DNA of 53,033 nucleotides, taken from contig JBNKNM010000018.1 of the NCBI GenBank assembly GCA_050293845.1, forward strand, positions 1-53,033, read 5' to 3'. The stretch's first letter is position 1. Each line of letters begins with the position of its first letter. Origin of the DNA: Pseudobacteriovorax sp. GTDB lineage: Bacteria > Bdellovibrionota_B > Oligoflexia > Oligoflexales > Oligoflexaceae. Positions 29,439 to 38,092 of the stretch are shown here, one piece after another. The notes under the pieces were generated by a model, which was given only the letters and a program-made list of their open reading frames with translations, was not told the DNA's origin and ran no database searches. A program made the translations under genes and the position numbers.

Positions 29439-32400
29439 AGATTTCTCTCTTCTGAAAAGTCATCTTGTATTTCCGAGGTTTGTGACTCCTTAGATGATTT
29501 TTTTGAACCGGAAACTATCGTCGGTGTCACCATGATTAAAAGTTCCGTTTGACTCTCTTCAACCTGTGTTGAGCGGAATAGAGCACCGATGATAGGAAGC
29601 TTAGATAGGTAAGGAATACCGATAATGGTTTCCGTGCGACTCGTATCATAAATACCGCCAATAACACCAGTATCACCACTATCTCTCACCATTTGGGTTG
29701 TCAATTCTCGGGTGTTTTTATCAGCAAGAACCTCTCCGGTAGGAGCCCCTGGAGTGTCGCTCTTGATCTTCAAACTCATAATAACTGAGCCATCAGCAGT
29801 AACTTGAGGTTTCACTTCTAAAGATAAATTGAACTGGACTTCGGACAATCCTTGAGCCTGATCTCCCCCACCTCCAGCGCCAGCGTTTGGATCAGTGGGG
29901 TTTAATACACTTCCCGCGGCAGGACGAAAGAACTTAGAATTTCCAGCAAGAATAGTCGCTTCTTGACCATCTAAAACCAAAACGCGGTTGGACTGGAGCA
30001 CATTTGTAGTGCCTCTCCTCTCTTCCATGCGCAGCAATAGATCGAGATCTATGAAACGATTAATACTGCCAAATTTAAACTGTGCATTTCCCACTGCAGG
30101 TGCGGATCGAATTCCTGGATCTACAGAAAAGCTAGAGACGACACTATTCGGAAAATTTAAAGAGCCAAAACCCAACCCGCGACCTGGGTCGAAATTCAGC
30201 AAGGATTGATTCAACCAAGAAACACCAAAAAGTTCACTATTTGTCTTTTGCACTTCCACAATGCGCGATGCGATTTCAACTTGAGGCGTTTTTAAATCTA
30301 AGCGTTCAATGATATTACGCGATTTTGCTAAAACAAAATCAGGAGCCTCCATCACAATAGAGTTTGTCCTTTCATCAGCACTTATTTGAATACGAGGATC
30401 AACTTGCTTATTGCGTACTAAAAGAGTGTTCAGCCGACTCATAATATCTTGAGCCTTTGCATTGTTGAGTCTAAAGACTAAAATCTTAGTGGGAGCGCGT
30501 CTGGTTTCAAACTGTTGCGCCTTTTCTAAAGATTGTAAATAAGCAGTCAAGCGTTCCACGGCATCAACTCGAACGATACTATCCCCTACACGTACCATAC
30601 CTAATGAGTGAGTTTCCAGTATAGCTCGCAAGGCTTCGTCCCAAGGAACTCCTTGAAAATGAATGGAAATGGTCAAATCTCCGACTTCTTTAGGAAAAAT
30701 AAAGTTATTTCCGGTTTCCTCGGAAAAACTTTTAAACACGATACTCAGAGGGGCATCTGTAAACTCCATATAAATCAGTTTTTCATCACCCCCCGTTTTA
30801 CTAGAAGACTCCATGGCAGCTTCTAATCCAGCCTTACCTGGTCCCACTGATTCGACTTGCTCAACGACCTCAACAAATTCCTGAGACTGTTCACCCAATA
30901 GCTCGCTATCACTTGCAGATTCGGGAATAGGAAGAAAATTGCTCTTTTGACTGTTTCCCAAAGTAAAGTTTTCGATGTTAGTATTATCAATTTTATTGAT
31001 TCGATTTACATTATCAGTAGTTTCATCCAGGAACTGATTATTCTCACTGTTCTGGATTATTTCGTTGTTAAAATTTTGATTCTCGTTGTTAAAATTTTGA
31101 TTCTCGTTGTTAAAATTTTTATTTTCACCTTGGTCAAATTGCTGATCCCGAATTTCATTTTGTTCAAACTCATCTCCCCCATTATCTTGACCAACCGCAA
31201 ATAATGCTATTCGTGACAACACTACAAAATTATCTTGTAAGGTGTTGTGGCTAGCTGAGTTATTAAAACTATCAGGCAATCCTTGATCGTCGATATTTTG
31301 CTCAGGAGTCATCACATTGTCTATTTCGTCGCCCACAGGCAGCAGGTCTTCTGAACTATTTTGCCCTGTATTTTTAGGAAGTTCCGATTCTGCATCCAGA
31401 ATCAGTCCCAATGGGGTATCAGCTAGGCGTTCTCCTCTGATAGCTTGGATATTTTTCCTGTTCAGATTGCCAAAATAGTAGTCAGGAATCGGAAAACTGA
31501 GCCTTATATTGCTATTCTCACTATAAAACTTAGGCTTAACAGCATCCCGGAGTGTTATCACAATATCAACGATACCACGATCAGATATTAGGCGAGGACG
31601 GATATAGGCTATAGGGGAGAGGAATTCACTGGAATCAATATCATACTTAAGCTTCCTACGTAGATCCGTTTGAAAAAATCGAATCACTAGTTCTGGCTGC
31701 GAGGATTGGTTTTTTTCCTGAAAAACTTCAAATTCTGGAGTACCACTTGTCAGTAATTCAATCTGAACTTGTTTTTTATCTGAGCTATATTCATGACCAA
31801 TCCATGTAAGAGTATGGAGGGTTGGTACGATTTCTTTTACAGGCTCCATAGCTGGCTGTCGAGTGAGAGGTGGTGGAACGGGTTCTTCTGTCATTTGTTG
31901 TGGCAAAGTGTTGATGGGTTCCTGAACTTGTGCCGGTATCTGCGTATTGGGGACTTGGCTCGGTATCTGGGTATCAAATGCCAATGGATTTTGTGATTCT
32001 GGTTCTTGCTGGTTTAAATCACCTAAAAAATCTTCCTGATTTTGTGAGTTGACTGGTTTATCCACCGGGGCGTTAGCAGGACTATTACCAAATATCAGAT
32101 CTTCTCCTTCTTCTCCCAGATTATCTGTATTTCCCTGTATTTGAGCATCTGATTCTTGGGTCAGAAAATTATTTTTAGATTCATCTTCTAAACCGAAGAG
32201 CATTTCATCTTCACTGGTATCTAATTTTTCTTCATTTTCAAAATTAGCAATATCTTCTTCTGCAATCATTTGCTCTTGATTATCAATTTCCATATCTTCT
32301 TGCATAGGAGCTTCATTCAATTCATCGACATTGTCATCAAAATTTGTTTGTTGATTGGAGTTTTCCTCTTCTTGTTGGTTTGTATTTTCTTGCTGAGTAT

Positions 32401-32485
32401 TGACTTGTTGATTACCTTCCTGTTGAGAATCAGTGGCACAACCAATTACTAAGAGAAGAACTATTATCCATTTCGTCATCTTCAT
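29435..32485 (-). CDS. pilQ: Type IV pilus secretin with long acidic N-terminal extension
   Basis: N0 domain (IYMEFTDAPL...VPWDEAL), N3 domain (ISADERTNSIV...IERLD), secretin domain (PQVEIASRIVEV, LSLEVKPQVT, IPYLSKLPIIGALFR, ELLIMVTPTI); follows pilMNOP. Confidence 0.93.
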   Translation of the reverse strand: MKMTKWIIVLLLVIGCATDSQQEGNQQVNTQQENTNQQEEENSNQQTNFDDNVDELNEAPMQEDMEIDNQEQMIAEEDIANFENEEKLDTSEDEMLFGLEDESKNNFLTQESDAQIQGNTDNLGEEGEDLIFGNSPANAPVDKPVNSQNQEDFLGDLNQQEPESQNPLAFDTQIPSQVPNTQIPAQVQEPINTLPQQMTEEPVPPPLTRQPAMEPVKEIVPTLHTLTWIGHEYSSDKKQVQIELLTSGTPEFEVFQEKNQSSQPELVIRFFQTDLRRKLKYDIDSSEFLSPIAYIRPRLISDRGIVDIVITLRDAVKPKFYSENSNIRLSFPIPDYYFGNLNRKNIQAIRGERLADTPLGLILDAESELPKNTGQNSSEDLLPVGDEIDNVMTPEQNIDDQGLPDSFNNSASHNTLQDNFVVLSRIALFAVGQDNGGDEFEQNEIRDQQFDQGENKNFNNENQNFNNENQNFNNEIIQNSENNQFLDETTDNVNRINKIDNTNIENFTLGNSQKSNFLPIPESASDSELLGEQSQEFVEVVEQVESVGPGKAGLEAAMESSSKTGGDEKLIYMEFTDAPLSIVFKSFSEETGNNFIFPKEVGDLTISIHFQGVPWDEALRAILETHSLGMVRVGDSIVRVDAVERLTAYLQSLEKAQQFETRRAPTKILVFRLNNAKAQDIMSRLNTLLVRNKQVDPRIQISADERTNSIVMEAPDFVLAKSRNIIERLDLKTPQVEIASRIVEVQKTNSELFGVSWLNQSLLNFDPGRGLGFGSLNFPNSVVSSFSVDPGIRSAPAVGNAQFKFGSINRFIDLDLLLRMEERRGTTNVLQSNRVLVLDGQEATILAGNSKFFRPAAGSVLNPTDPNAGAGGGGDQAQGLSEVQFNLSLEVKPQVTADGSVIMSLKIKSDTPGAPTGEVLADKNTRELTTQMVRDSGDTGVIGGIYDTSRTETIIGIPYLSKLPIIGALFRSTQVEESQTELLIMVTPTIVSGSKKSSKESQTSEIQDDFSEERNL
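31062..31124. repeat. 21-bp tandem repeat, three copies, inside pilQ
   Basis: TCGTTGTTAAAATTTTGATTC twice exactly plus a third copy with 2 mismatches; encodes (NENQNFN)n. Confidence 0.9.
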
Positions 32486-32514
32486 TTTTGCTTCTCCTTG
32501 GTATTCATTCTCGA

Positions 32515-33261
32515 TTATTTCTTATTTTTAATCAGCTTTTGATTCAGTGCTTCATCTGATCCGGATACCTGCTTGGTATTTTTTTTTGGTGAAGCGTTCG
32601 TGGTGGGGGTAGTTTGTTTAATATCGAGTCGCTTATTTTTTATTCTTTCAAATGTAGGGGATCTACCTGGGGTCAGTTTTATAGTACCTAGCTGCTGAGG
32701 CCTCCGTTCTCCTATGGGAATCTCTATATCTGTAAATGTTCTTGATCCATCCGTTCGCAACTTGTATTGTCGTACTAATATTCTGTCTCTTCTAATATCT
32801 AAAACTTTTCCTGCCGATATTGGATCTTCATTTTTTACTATCACGCCCTCCTTCTTAGGAGTCATAATCACCGCACGGGCCTCACCATTAGGAAGCACCC
32901 ACACCCCTTTCACCGCAAGCTGGTCCAAAGGAAATGCTTGTAAAGGACTTATCATAGGAATCTCTGAACCGACACCAAGAGGTCCCCCCACAGCAGTTGT
33001 ATTATTCGATGAACTCTTTAGAGATGGTTTTGCAAAAGGGTCTTCTTTGCCGAAGGAGGCATACCTATACTCGCTATCTGGTTCGACTATTTCTTCGACT
33101 TTCAATTCTTGAGTCTGAGATGCTGGCTTCTTCACTTCATCTAAATTAACGGTCTCAGATTCTAAGTCAATATTACTAAGATCTAATACATCAACTTTAT
33201 TCTGTCCCATACACAGTATAGAAATATTCAGCAATATTAGACTTACATAAAATTTCATCAT
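32515..33261 (-). CDS. pilP: Type IV pilus assembly protein PilP
   Basis: YRYASFGKEDPF, SPLQAFPLDQLAVKGVW and ARAVIMTP motifs; lies between pilO and pilQ. Confidence 0.85.
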   Translation of the reverse strand: MMKFYVSLILLNISILCMGQNKVDVLDLSNIDLESETVNLDEVKKPASQTQELKVEEIVEPDSEYRYASFGKEDPFAKPSLKSSSNNTTAVGGPLGVGSEIPMISPLQAFPLDQLAVKGVWVLPNGEARAVIMTPKKEGVIVKNEDPISAGKVLDIRRDRILVRQYKLRTDGSRTFTDIEIPIGERRPQQLGTIKLTPGRSPTFERIKNKRLDIKQTTPTTNASPKKNTKQVSGSDEALNQKLIKNKK

Positions 33262-33839
33262 TGTCCCTTGAAAAGTATGAGTTGAGAACGACTCGTTACA
33301 AAGGGTTCCTCCTTATCATTTTCATCTTTTCTTTGAAGCTCTACAGAACGCAAATGAGTTAAATTAGTTAGATGAACTAAATTATCGTAAAATTGCATGA
33401 TCTGCTTGAATCGTCCTTTCAGTTCTAAAGCTATGGGTACTTCCTGATAATCTATATCATTTTTTGGTGATACTTCTTTACCCAATGTCAGTTTAATTAT
33501 TTGCACATCATACCTAACTTCCAAGCTGCCTAAAATGGATAAAATGCGATCGATTTCCAGCTCATCAGGAAGGAAATTTTTTGCCCTTTTTAACTCTTCT
33601 TCTATCAAACTAAGTTTATTCAATAGTTCAGGCAATCGAGCTACTTTATCCCTTGCTTTTCGAAGCTTAGATTCTTCTATATTCTCTTGCTGAGATATGT
33701 TTTCTAAATCAATAGCGATACGATCGCCTTCTTCCATCCAGACATATAAGCTCGGCAAAATAGCAATGGCAATCACAATCAAAAGACGCGTTTTGGTTGT
33801 TGAACTCTTATAGCGATCGACTAAATCGTCGAGTTCCAT
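33258..33839 (-). CDS. pilO: Type IV pilus assembly protein PilO
   Basis: N-terminal TM, coiled coil, LPDELEIDRIL and EVPIALELKGRFKQIMQFYDNL. Confidence 0.87.
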   Translation of the reverse strand: MELDDLVDRYKSSTTKTRLLIVIAIAILPSLYVWMEEGDRIAIDLENISQQENIEESKLRKARDKVARLPELLNKLSLIEEELKRAKNFLPDELEIDRILSILGSLEVRYDVQIIKLTLGKEVSPKNDIDYQEVPIALELKGRFKQIMQFYDNLVHLTNLTHLRSVELQRKDENDKEEPFVTSRSQLILFKGQ

Positions 33840-33842
33840 ATA

Positions 33843-34601
33843 TTACCTCACCATTCTCTTCTCAGGTTCGTCTAGGTTCTTCCCTAACTTAGGAGCTAAG
33901 ATACTCTCCGGAGTACGTTCCTTGAACGTTAAAATTAATCTGAAATCGCTGATATTAGTACCATCATCTCCTTGACGCGCTAGAGTAGACATTTCAGCAA
34001 AGGATATCGATACGTCATCAAAATACACCTGAGTTCTAACGTCTCGGGTGTCTAATGCTTGATTTTGGGTGGCTTTGAGTGCTGTCATAAATTCAGCTAT
34101 AATAATTTTATTAAATGCAGACCCTTCAACACTCATCTGAATATCTTCTGACGCATCACTACTGGGGTCAATATTTTGATTTTCATTATTGGCAGGACTA
34201 GGTGCAGGTTCTACAAAAGCTACTCTGGTAAACCAAAGTCCTTTAGGCTTTAAATTTTGTAGATTTTCGATGAGAATTACAGGAAGATATCGTAGTAATT
34301 TCGAATCAGTGATCCGTAACAGTGAATTTTTTTTAGATTCCAATTTTGATATTTTTTCGCTCAATTCGTCATACTGTAACACCTCGCCTCTAATTTGTCT
34401 CTGAACAGCTTGATGTTCGGCGATTTTCTGTTGCAGCAGCTCTATTTTAAGCTCTTGACTTCCTAAATACATTTGGACAGAAGCAAAACTTATTGTAATA
34501 AAAAGCAGCAGAAGACCCAAGTCAGGAAGATACCAACGAGCGTTTTCCAGCTCTTCTAAGGGAGTTAAATTGATATTGATTAGTGTCGTCTGCTTTCCCA
34601 T
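33843..34601 (-). CDS. pilN: Type IV pilus assembly protein PilN
   Basis: ININLTP (INLLP-like PilM-binding motif), TM, coiled coil, PKGLWFT and IAEFMTALK. Confidence 0.87.
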   Translation of the reverse strand: MGKQTTLININLTPLEELENARWYLPDLGLLLLFITISFASVQMYLGSQELKIELLQQKIAEHQAVQRQIRGEVLQYDELSEKISKLESKKNSLLRITDSKLLRYLPVILIENLQNLKPKGLWFTRVAFVEPAPSPANNENQNIDPSSDASEDIQMSVEGSAFNKIIIAEFMTALKATQNQALDTRDVRTQVYFDDVSISFAEMSTLARQGDDGTNISDFRLILTFKERTPESILAPKLGKNLDEPEKRMVR

Positions 34602-34606
34602 AGATT

Positions 34607-35671
34607 TTAATCTCCTAGCTTTCTAAGAGCGAGCCCGGCAGCTACAGAATAGATGGTCCCATGACTCATAATATACTCTAAATCTATCCCAACAGGTGAT
34701 GTGTCAATTTGTTGAAACGGATTTATAATTTGTACGGGAGCCTTTAGGGTTGAAGACAAGGAGCCCGCAAGATCCAAACTGACACTTGCACCTCCACCGA
34801 TAAACACGTACTTTATTTCAGATAAGTCCGGTATATTTTCATGCTGGATAAAGAATTGTGTTGTTTGCTCGATTTCGCTATTAATTTGCTCATTGATCAC
34901 TGCCACAGATGGTCTGATTTTTTCCGCAATAACCTGATCCCCTCCAGATGCAGAAATCTTTAAGCTCTCTGCATTCTCTAAATCAATATTCAAGTCTTCT
35001 GCGATTTTACGGGTTATGGCATTGCCACCAATAAAGAATTCACGGCTATAAAGGTATTCCCCTTCATAGGTCAATACAACCTGTGTGGAACTCGCACCAA
35101 TATTTGCAAGGACCACTAAGGCCTTTGGAATAGGATAGTTTTGGCCAAAAAGATTCACGAGACAAAATGTGTCCGTATCTATAACACCAACCCTTGATCC
35201 CAATTTATGCACCAAATCTATATACTGCTCGATGATATCGATCTTTCCTGCCACTATCAGGAATGCTTTCTCCTCCTCATTCAGAAATGCCGAAGGCATC
35301 TCTTGAAATCGAAAGTACATATCGCTCATATCATGGTGAAACTGTTGCTTGGCTTCTTCAAAGACTTGTTCCCCCAAATCCATTTCTTCATCGGGAGTCA
35401 GTATCATTCTTTTTAAAATGACACCAACCCCTGAGATGGAAAGGGCCACACGACGCCCTTTGGTTTTTATGTTCAATGATTTAAACAGCTTTTTGACTGC
35501 CTTCAGAACTTTGTCAGGATCTTTAAGGTCACCGTTGATAACAGCACCCTGCGGTAACACTTCGAGGCCGAGACATCGCAATTTCCGCTTGTTTCCCATA
35601 CCATGGATTTCGATAAGCTTCGCGGATGAGCTACCAATATCTAAAGCTATAAGTGGCCGGCTTAGAATCAT
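34607..35671 (-). CDS. pilM: Type IV pilus assembly protein PilM (actin-like)
   Basis: IALDIGSSSAKLIE, NIGASST, GGNAIT, AESLK, IGGGAS and AAGLALR motifs. Confidence 0.93.
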   Translation of the reverse strand: MILSRPLIALDIGSSSAKLIEIHGMGNKRKLRCLGLEVLPQGAVINGDLKDPDKVLKAVKKLFKSLNIKTKGRRVALSISGVGVILKRMILTPDEEMDLGEQVFEEAKQQFHHDMSDMYFRFQEMPSAFLNEEEKAFLIVAGKIDIIEQYIDLVHKLGSRVGVIDTDTFCLVNLFGQNYPIPKALVVLANIGASSTQVVLTYEGEYLYSREFFIGGNAITRKIAEDLNIDLENAESLKISASGGDQVIAEKIRPSVAVINEQINSEIEQTTQFFIQHENIPDLSEIKYVFIGGGASVSLDLAGSLSSTLKAPVQIINPFQQIDTSPVGIDLEYIMSHGTIYSVAAGLALRKLGD

Positions 35672-36136
35672 ATCTGTTTCTCAAATCATATGTTTTCTAT
35701 TAAGAACGGTGCACGAATTTATGAAGCCCGGATGTGAAAAATGGCCCCTACTCTGCGTGGCTTCAGCAAAAAAACCGTCCTCAGTAACGGGGGTGAACTG
35801 TTGCATATATTTTACTTAGCACCTTGACGAGGTACTCTCTTCGCATCCGTTAGCACTATGCTATTAAGGCATTCTGAGAAATTTCCAAACTGAATTTTTC
35901 AGATCCCGGATGGAGGACTCCCTTACTATTTTCCCATTCAACTTTGACAGTGTCAATTAGCAATGAATGTCAAATATTTGATATACAGAAAAACAGGATA
36001 ATAAAATGAAATTATTGCTGAATAGAAGCTATTTTCTACAATTCAGTATGGTTTTATGGGTTGCCAGCTATAGTTTCGCTAAAGTATAGATTTGCATGAC
36101 TGGAATGCGTTGCAAATTAAACAAGGACAGATTTTT

Positions 36137-37483
36137 ATGTTTTGTCACTCGATCTTGGAAACAATAGGTAATACTCCACTGGTGGAACTGCACCGCGTCG
36201 GCTCTCACCTTAATTGTAATCTCTATGCAAAATGCGAGTTCTTTAACCCTGGAGGCTCCATAAAGGATCGGATCGCTTACCAGATGGTTGTTGATGCCGA
36301 GAAATCGGGCCGTATCAAAAAGGGAGATACCTTGATTGAGCCCACAAGTGGCAACACTGGCATAGGTCTTGCCCTAGCTGGAGCCGTGAAGGGTTATCGT
36401 GTGATTATCACGATGCCGGAAAAGATGAGTCGTGAAAAACAAGTGGTCTTAGAGGCTTTAGGGGCAGAAATTATCAGAACACCGACTGAAGCTGCATGGG
36501 ACGCCCCAGAAAGCCATATCGGGGTTGCTAGTAGATTGCAAAAAGAACTCCCTAATGCTCATATTTTAGATCAATATGCTAATCCCTCCAACCCAGCAGC
36601 TCACTACGAACACACAGCTAACGAGATTCTAAAAGACTTGGATAATAAAGTTGACATGGTCGTCATGGGAGCGGGAACCGGTGGTACCATCAGCGGTGTA
36701 GCCAAGCGGATCAAAGAAGTTTGCCCCGACGCTATTATAGTCGGAGCTGACCCCGAGGGCTCTATTTTAGCAGGTGGCCATGAAGTCGGTACCTATAAAG
36801 TAGAAGGAATCGGCTATGATTTTATTCCCGATGTATTAGATCGCCAACTTGTTGATAGATGGGTAAAGTCTAAGGATCGCCAGTCTTTTCAACTGGCACG
36901 ACGCTTGATTAAAGAAGAGGGACTTCTCTGTGGGGGATCTAGCGGTTCAGCCCTCTATGCAGCGCTCCGCGAAGCTGAAGGTTTAAAAGCTCACCAAAAC
37001 TGTGTTGTTATTTTACCCGATGGTGTCCGTAACTACATGACTAAATTCGTAGATGATCGCTGGATGCGTGAAAATAATTTCACAGGACCCGAGGATGTGG
37101 AGGGTCATGTTAAAGATATTCTCGAACACAAAACATCCCGCATTCTCTTTACTATCGATATTAATGAAAAACCCAGTAATGCCATTGCACTTATGAAAGA
37201 TAAGGGGATTTCACAGCTACCAGTTCTGGCTGAAGACAGGCTAGTCGGTATCCTTACAGAAGACCTTATCTTACAATATTTAAGCTCTTCAGAGACCTCC
37301 CCTAAAACAATTGAAACTATGATGGAACGATCCGTTCCCACCGTGGAACTTGATACTCCGATAAAGTCTTTGCAAAATGCTATCATTAGCAATAGCTTGG
37401 CAATTGTTATCGATAAAAACAAGAAACCTTACCATATTTTAACTAAAATCGATTTGGTAGAATGGATGTCGACACGAAAATAA
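36137..37483 (+). CDS. cbs: Cystathionine beta-synthase with C-terminal CBS (Bateman) domains
   Basis: KCEFFNPGGSIKDR (PLP lysine), EPTSGNTG, GTGGT, VEGIGYDFIP and RNYMTKF; C-terminal MKDKGISQLPV...LVGILT. Start placed at ATG 36137 after AAGGA. Confidence 0.9.
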   Translation: MFCHSILETIGNTPLVELHRVGSHLNCNLYAKCEFFNPGGSIKDRIAYQMVVDAEKSGRIKKGDTLIEPTSGNTGIGLALAGAVKGYRVIITMPEKMSREKQVVLEALGAEIIRTPTEAAWDAPESHIGVASRLQKELPNAHILDQYANPSNPAAHYEHTANEILKDLDNKVDMVVMGAGTGGTISGVAKRIKEVCPDAIIVGADPEGSILAGGHEVGTYKVEGIGYDFIPDVLDRQLVDRWVKSKDRQSFQLARRLIKEEGLLCGGSSGSALYAALREAEGLKAHQNCVVILPDGVRNYMTKFVDDRWMRENNFTGPEDVEGHVKDILEHKTSRILFTIDINEKPSNAIALMKDKGISQLPVLAEDRLVGILTEDLILQYLSSSETSPKTIETMMERSVPTVELDTPIKSLQNAIISNSLAIVIDKNKKPYHILTKIDLVEWMSTRK

Positions 37484-37525
37484 GAAGGAGCTGATTTTTT
37501 AGAGGCTCCTTGCTGGGAGGCTTCT

Positions 37526-38092
37526 ATGAATGAGTACTACACGCTCTCTCCTGAACTAATCGAAAAATTCCGTGATCCCCAATGGGGCGCGGAGCAATTA
37601 CAGAAAATTGTTTTATTCAAGAGCTTTGATAAAAACATTCTGCGTGATATCTATAAATTGGGAGCCGTCGAACCCATTCGTAAAGCCTCTCATGCAGTTA
37701 TTGAAGGCGAACCATCACGGGGCATATACCTTATTCTTCACGGTACCCTATCTGTCTTTAAAAACGACCCTATCACGGGGCACTCCCATCGATTAGCTTC
37801 TTTAGAGGCAGGAAACAGTTTTGGTGAACTGAGCTTATTTGACCAAGCACCTCGATCAGCAACTGTAGTCGCTGACATTTTTTCCTATGTTTTTCACTTA
37901 GAAGCAAGTAAGTTCGAACGTTTTTTAGAGGATGCCGGTGATCATCTTTCTGTTCTATTCTATAAAACCTGTGCCATTTCCATGAGTGAGAGGTTTCGCA
38001 GCTTAAATGCTGACTACATCACTTCACAGCAATTACTCTGGAAATATGCCCTAAGAAAAGAGGAAACTTCTCCGGAAGCCGAAAGTAGCTAA
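37526..38092 (+). CDS. Stand-alone cyclic nucleotide-binding domain protein
   Basis: Phosphate-binding cassette GNSFGELSLFDQAPRSATV; no C-terminal HTH; GGGAGG Shine-Dalgarno. Confidence 0.85.
   Translation: MNEYYTLSPELIEKFRDPQWGAEQLQKIVLFKSFDKNILRDIYKLGAVEPIRKASHAVIEGEPSRGIYLILHGTLSVFKNDPITGHSHRLASLEAGNSFGELSLFDQAPRSATVVADIFSYVFHLEASKFERFLEDAGDHLSVLFYKTCAISMSERFRSLNADYITSQQLLWKYALRKEETSPEAESS

Noticed and set aside
31062..31124. CRISPR array
   Set aside because: The repeats are contiguous with no spacers, lie in frame within pilQ, and no cas genes are present.
35672..35940. c-di-GMP riboswitch upstream of pilM
   Set aside because: The GEMM hallmarks (GGCAAA..., GNRA-capped stem, GACGCAAAGC) were not found on the minus strand.
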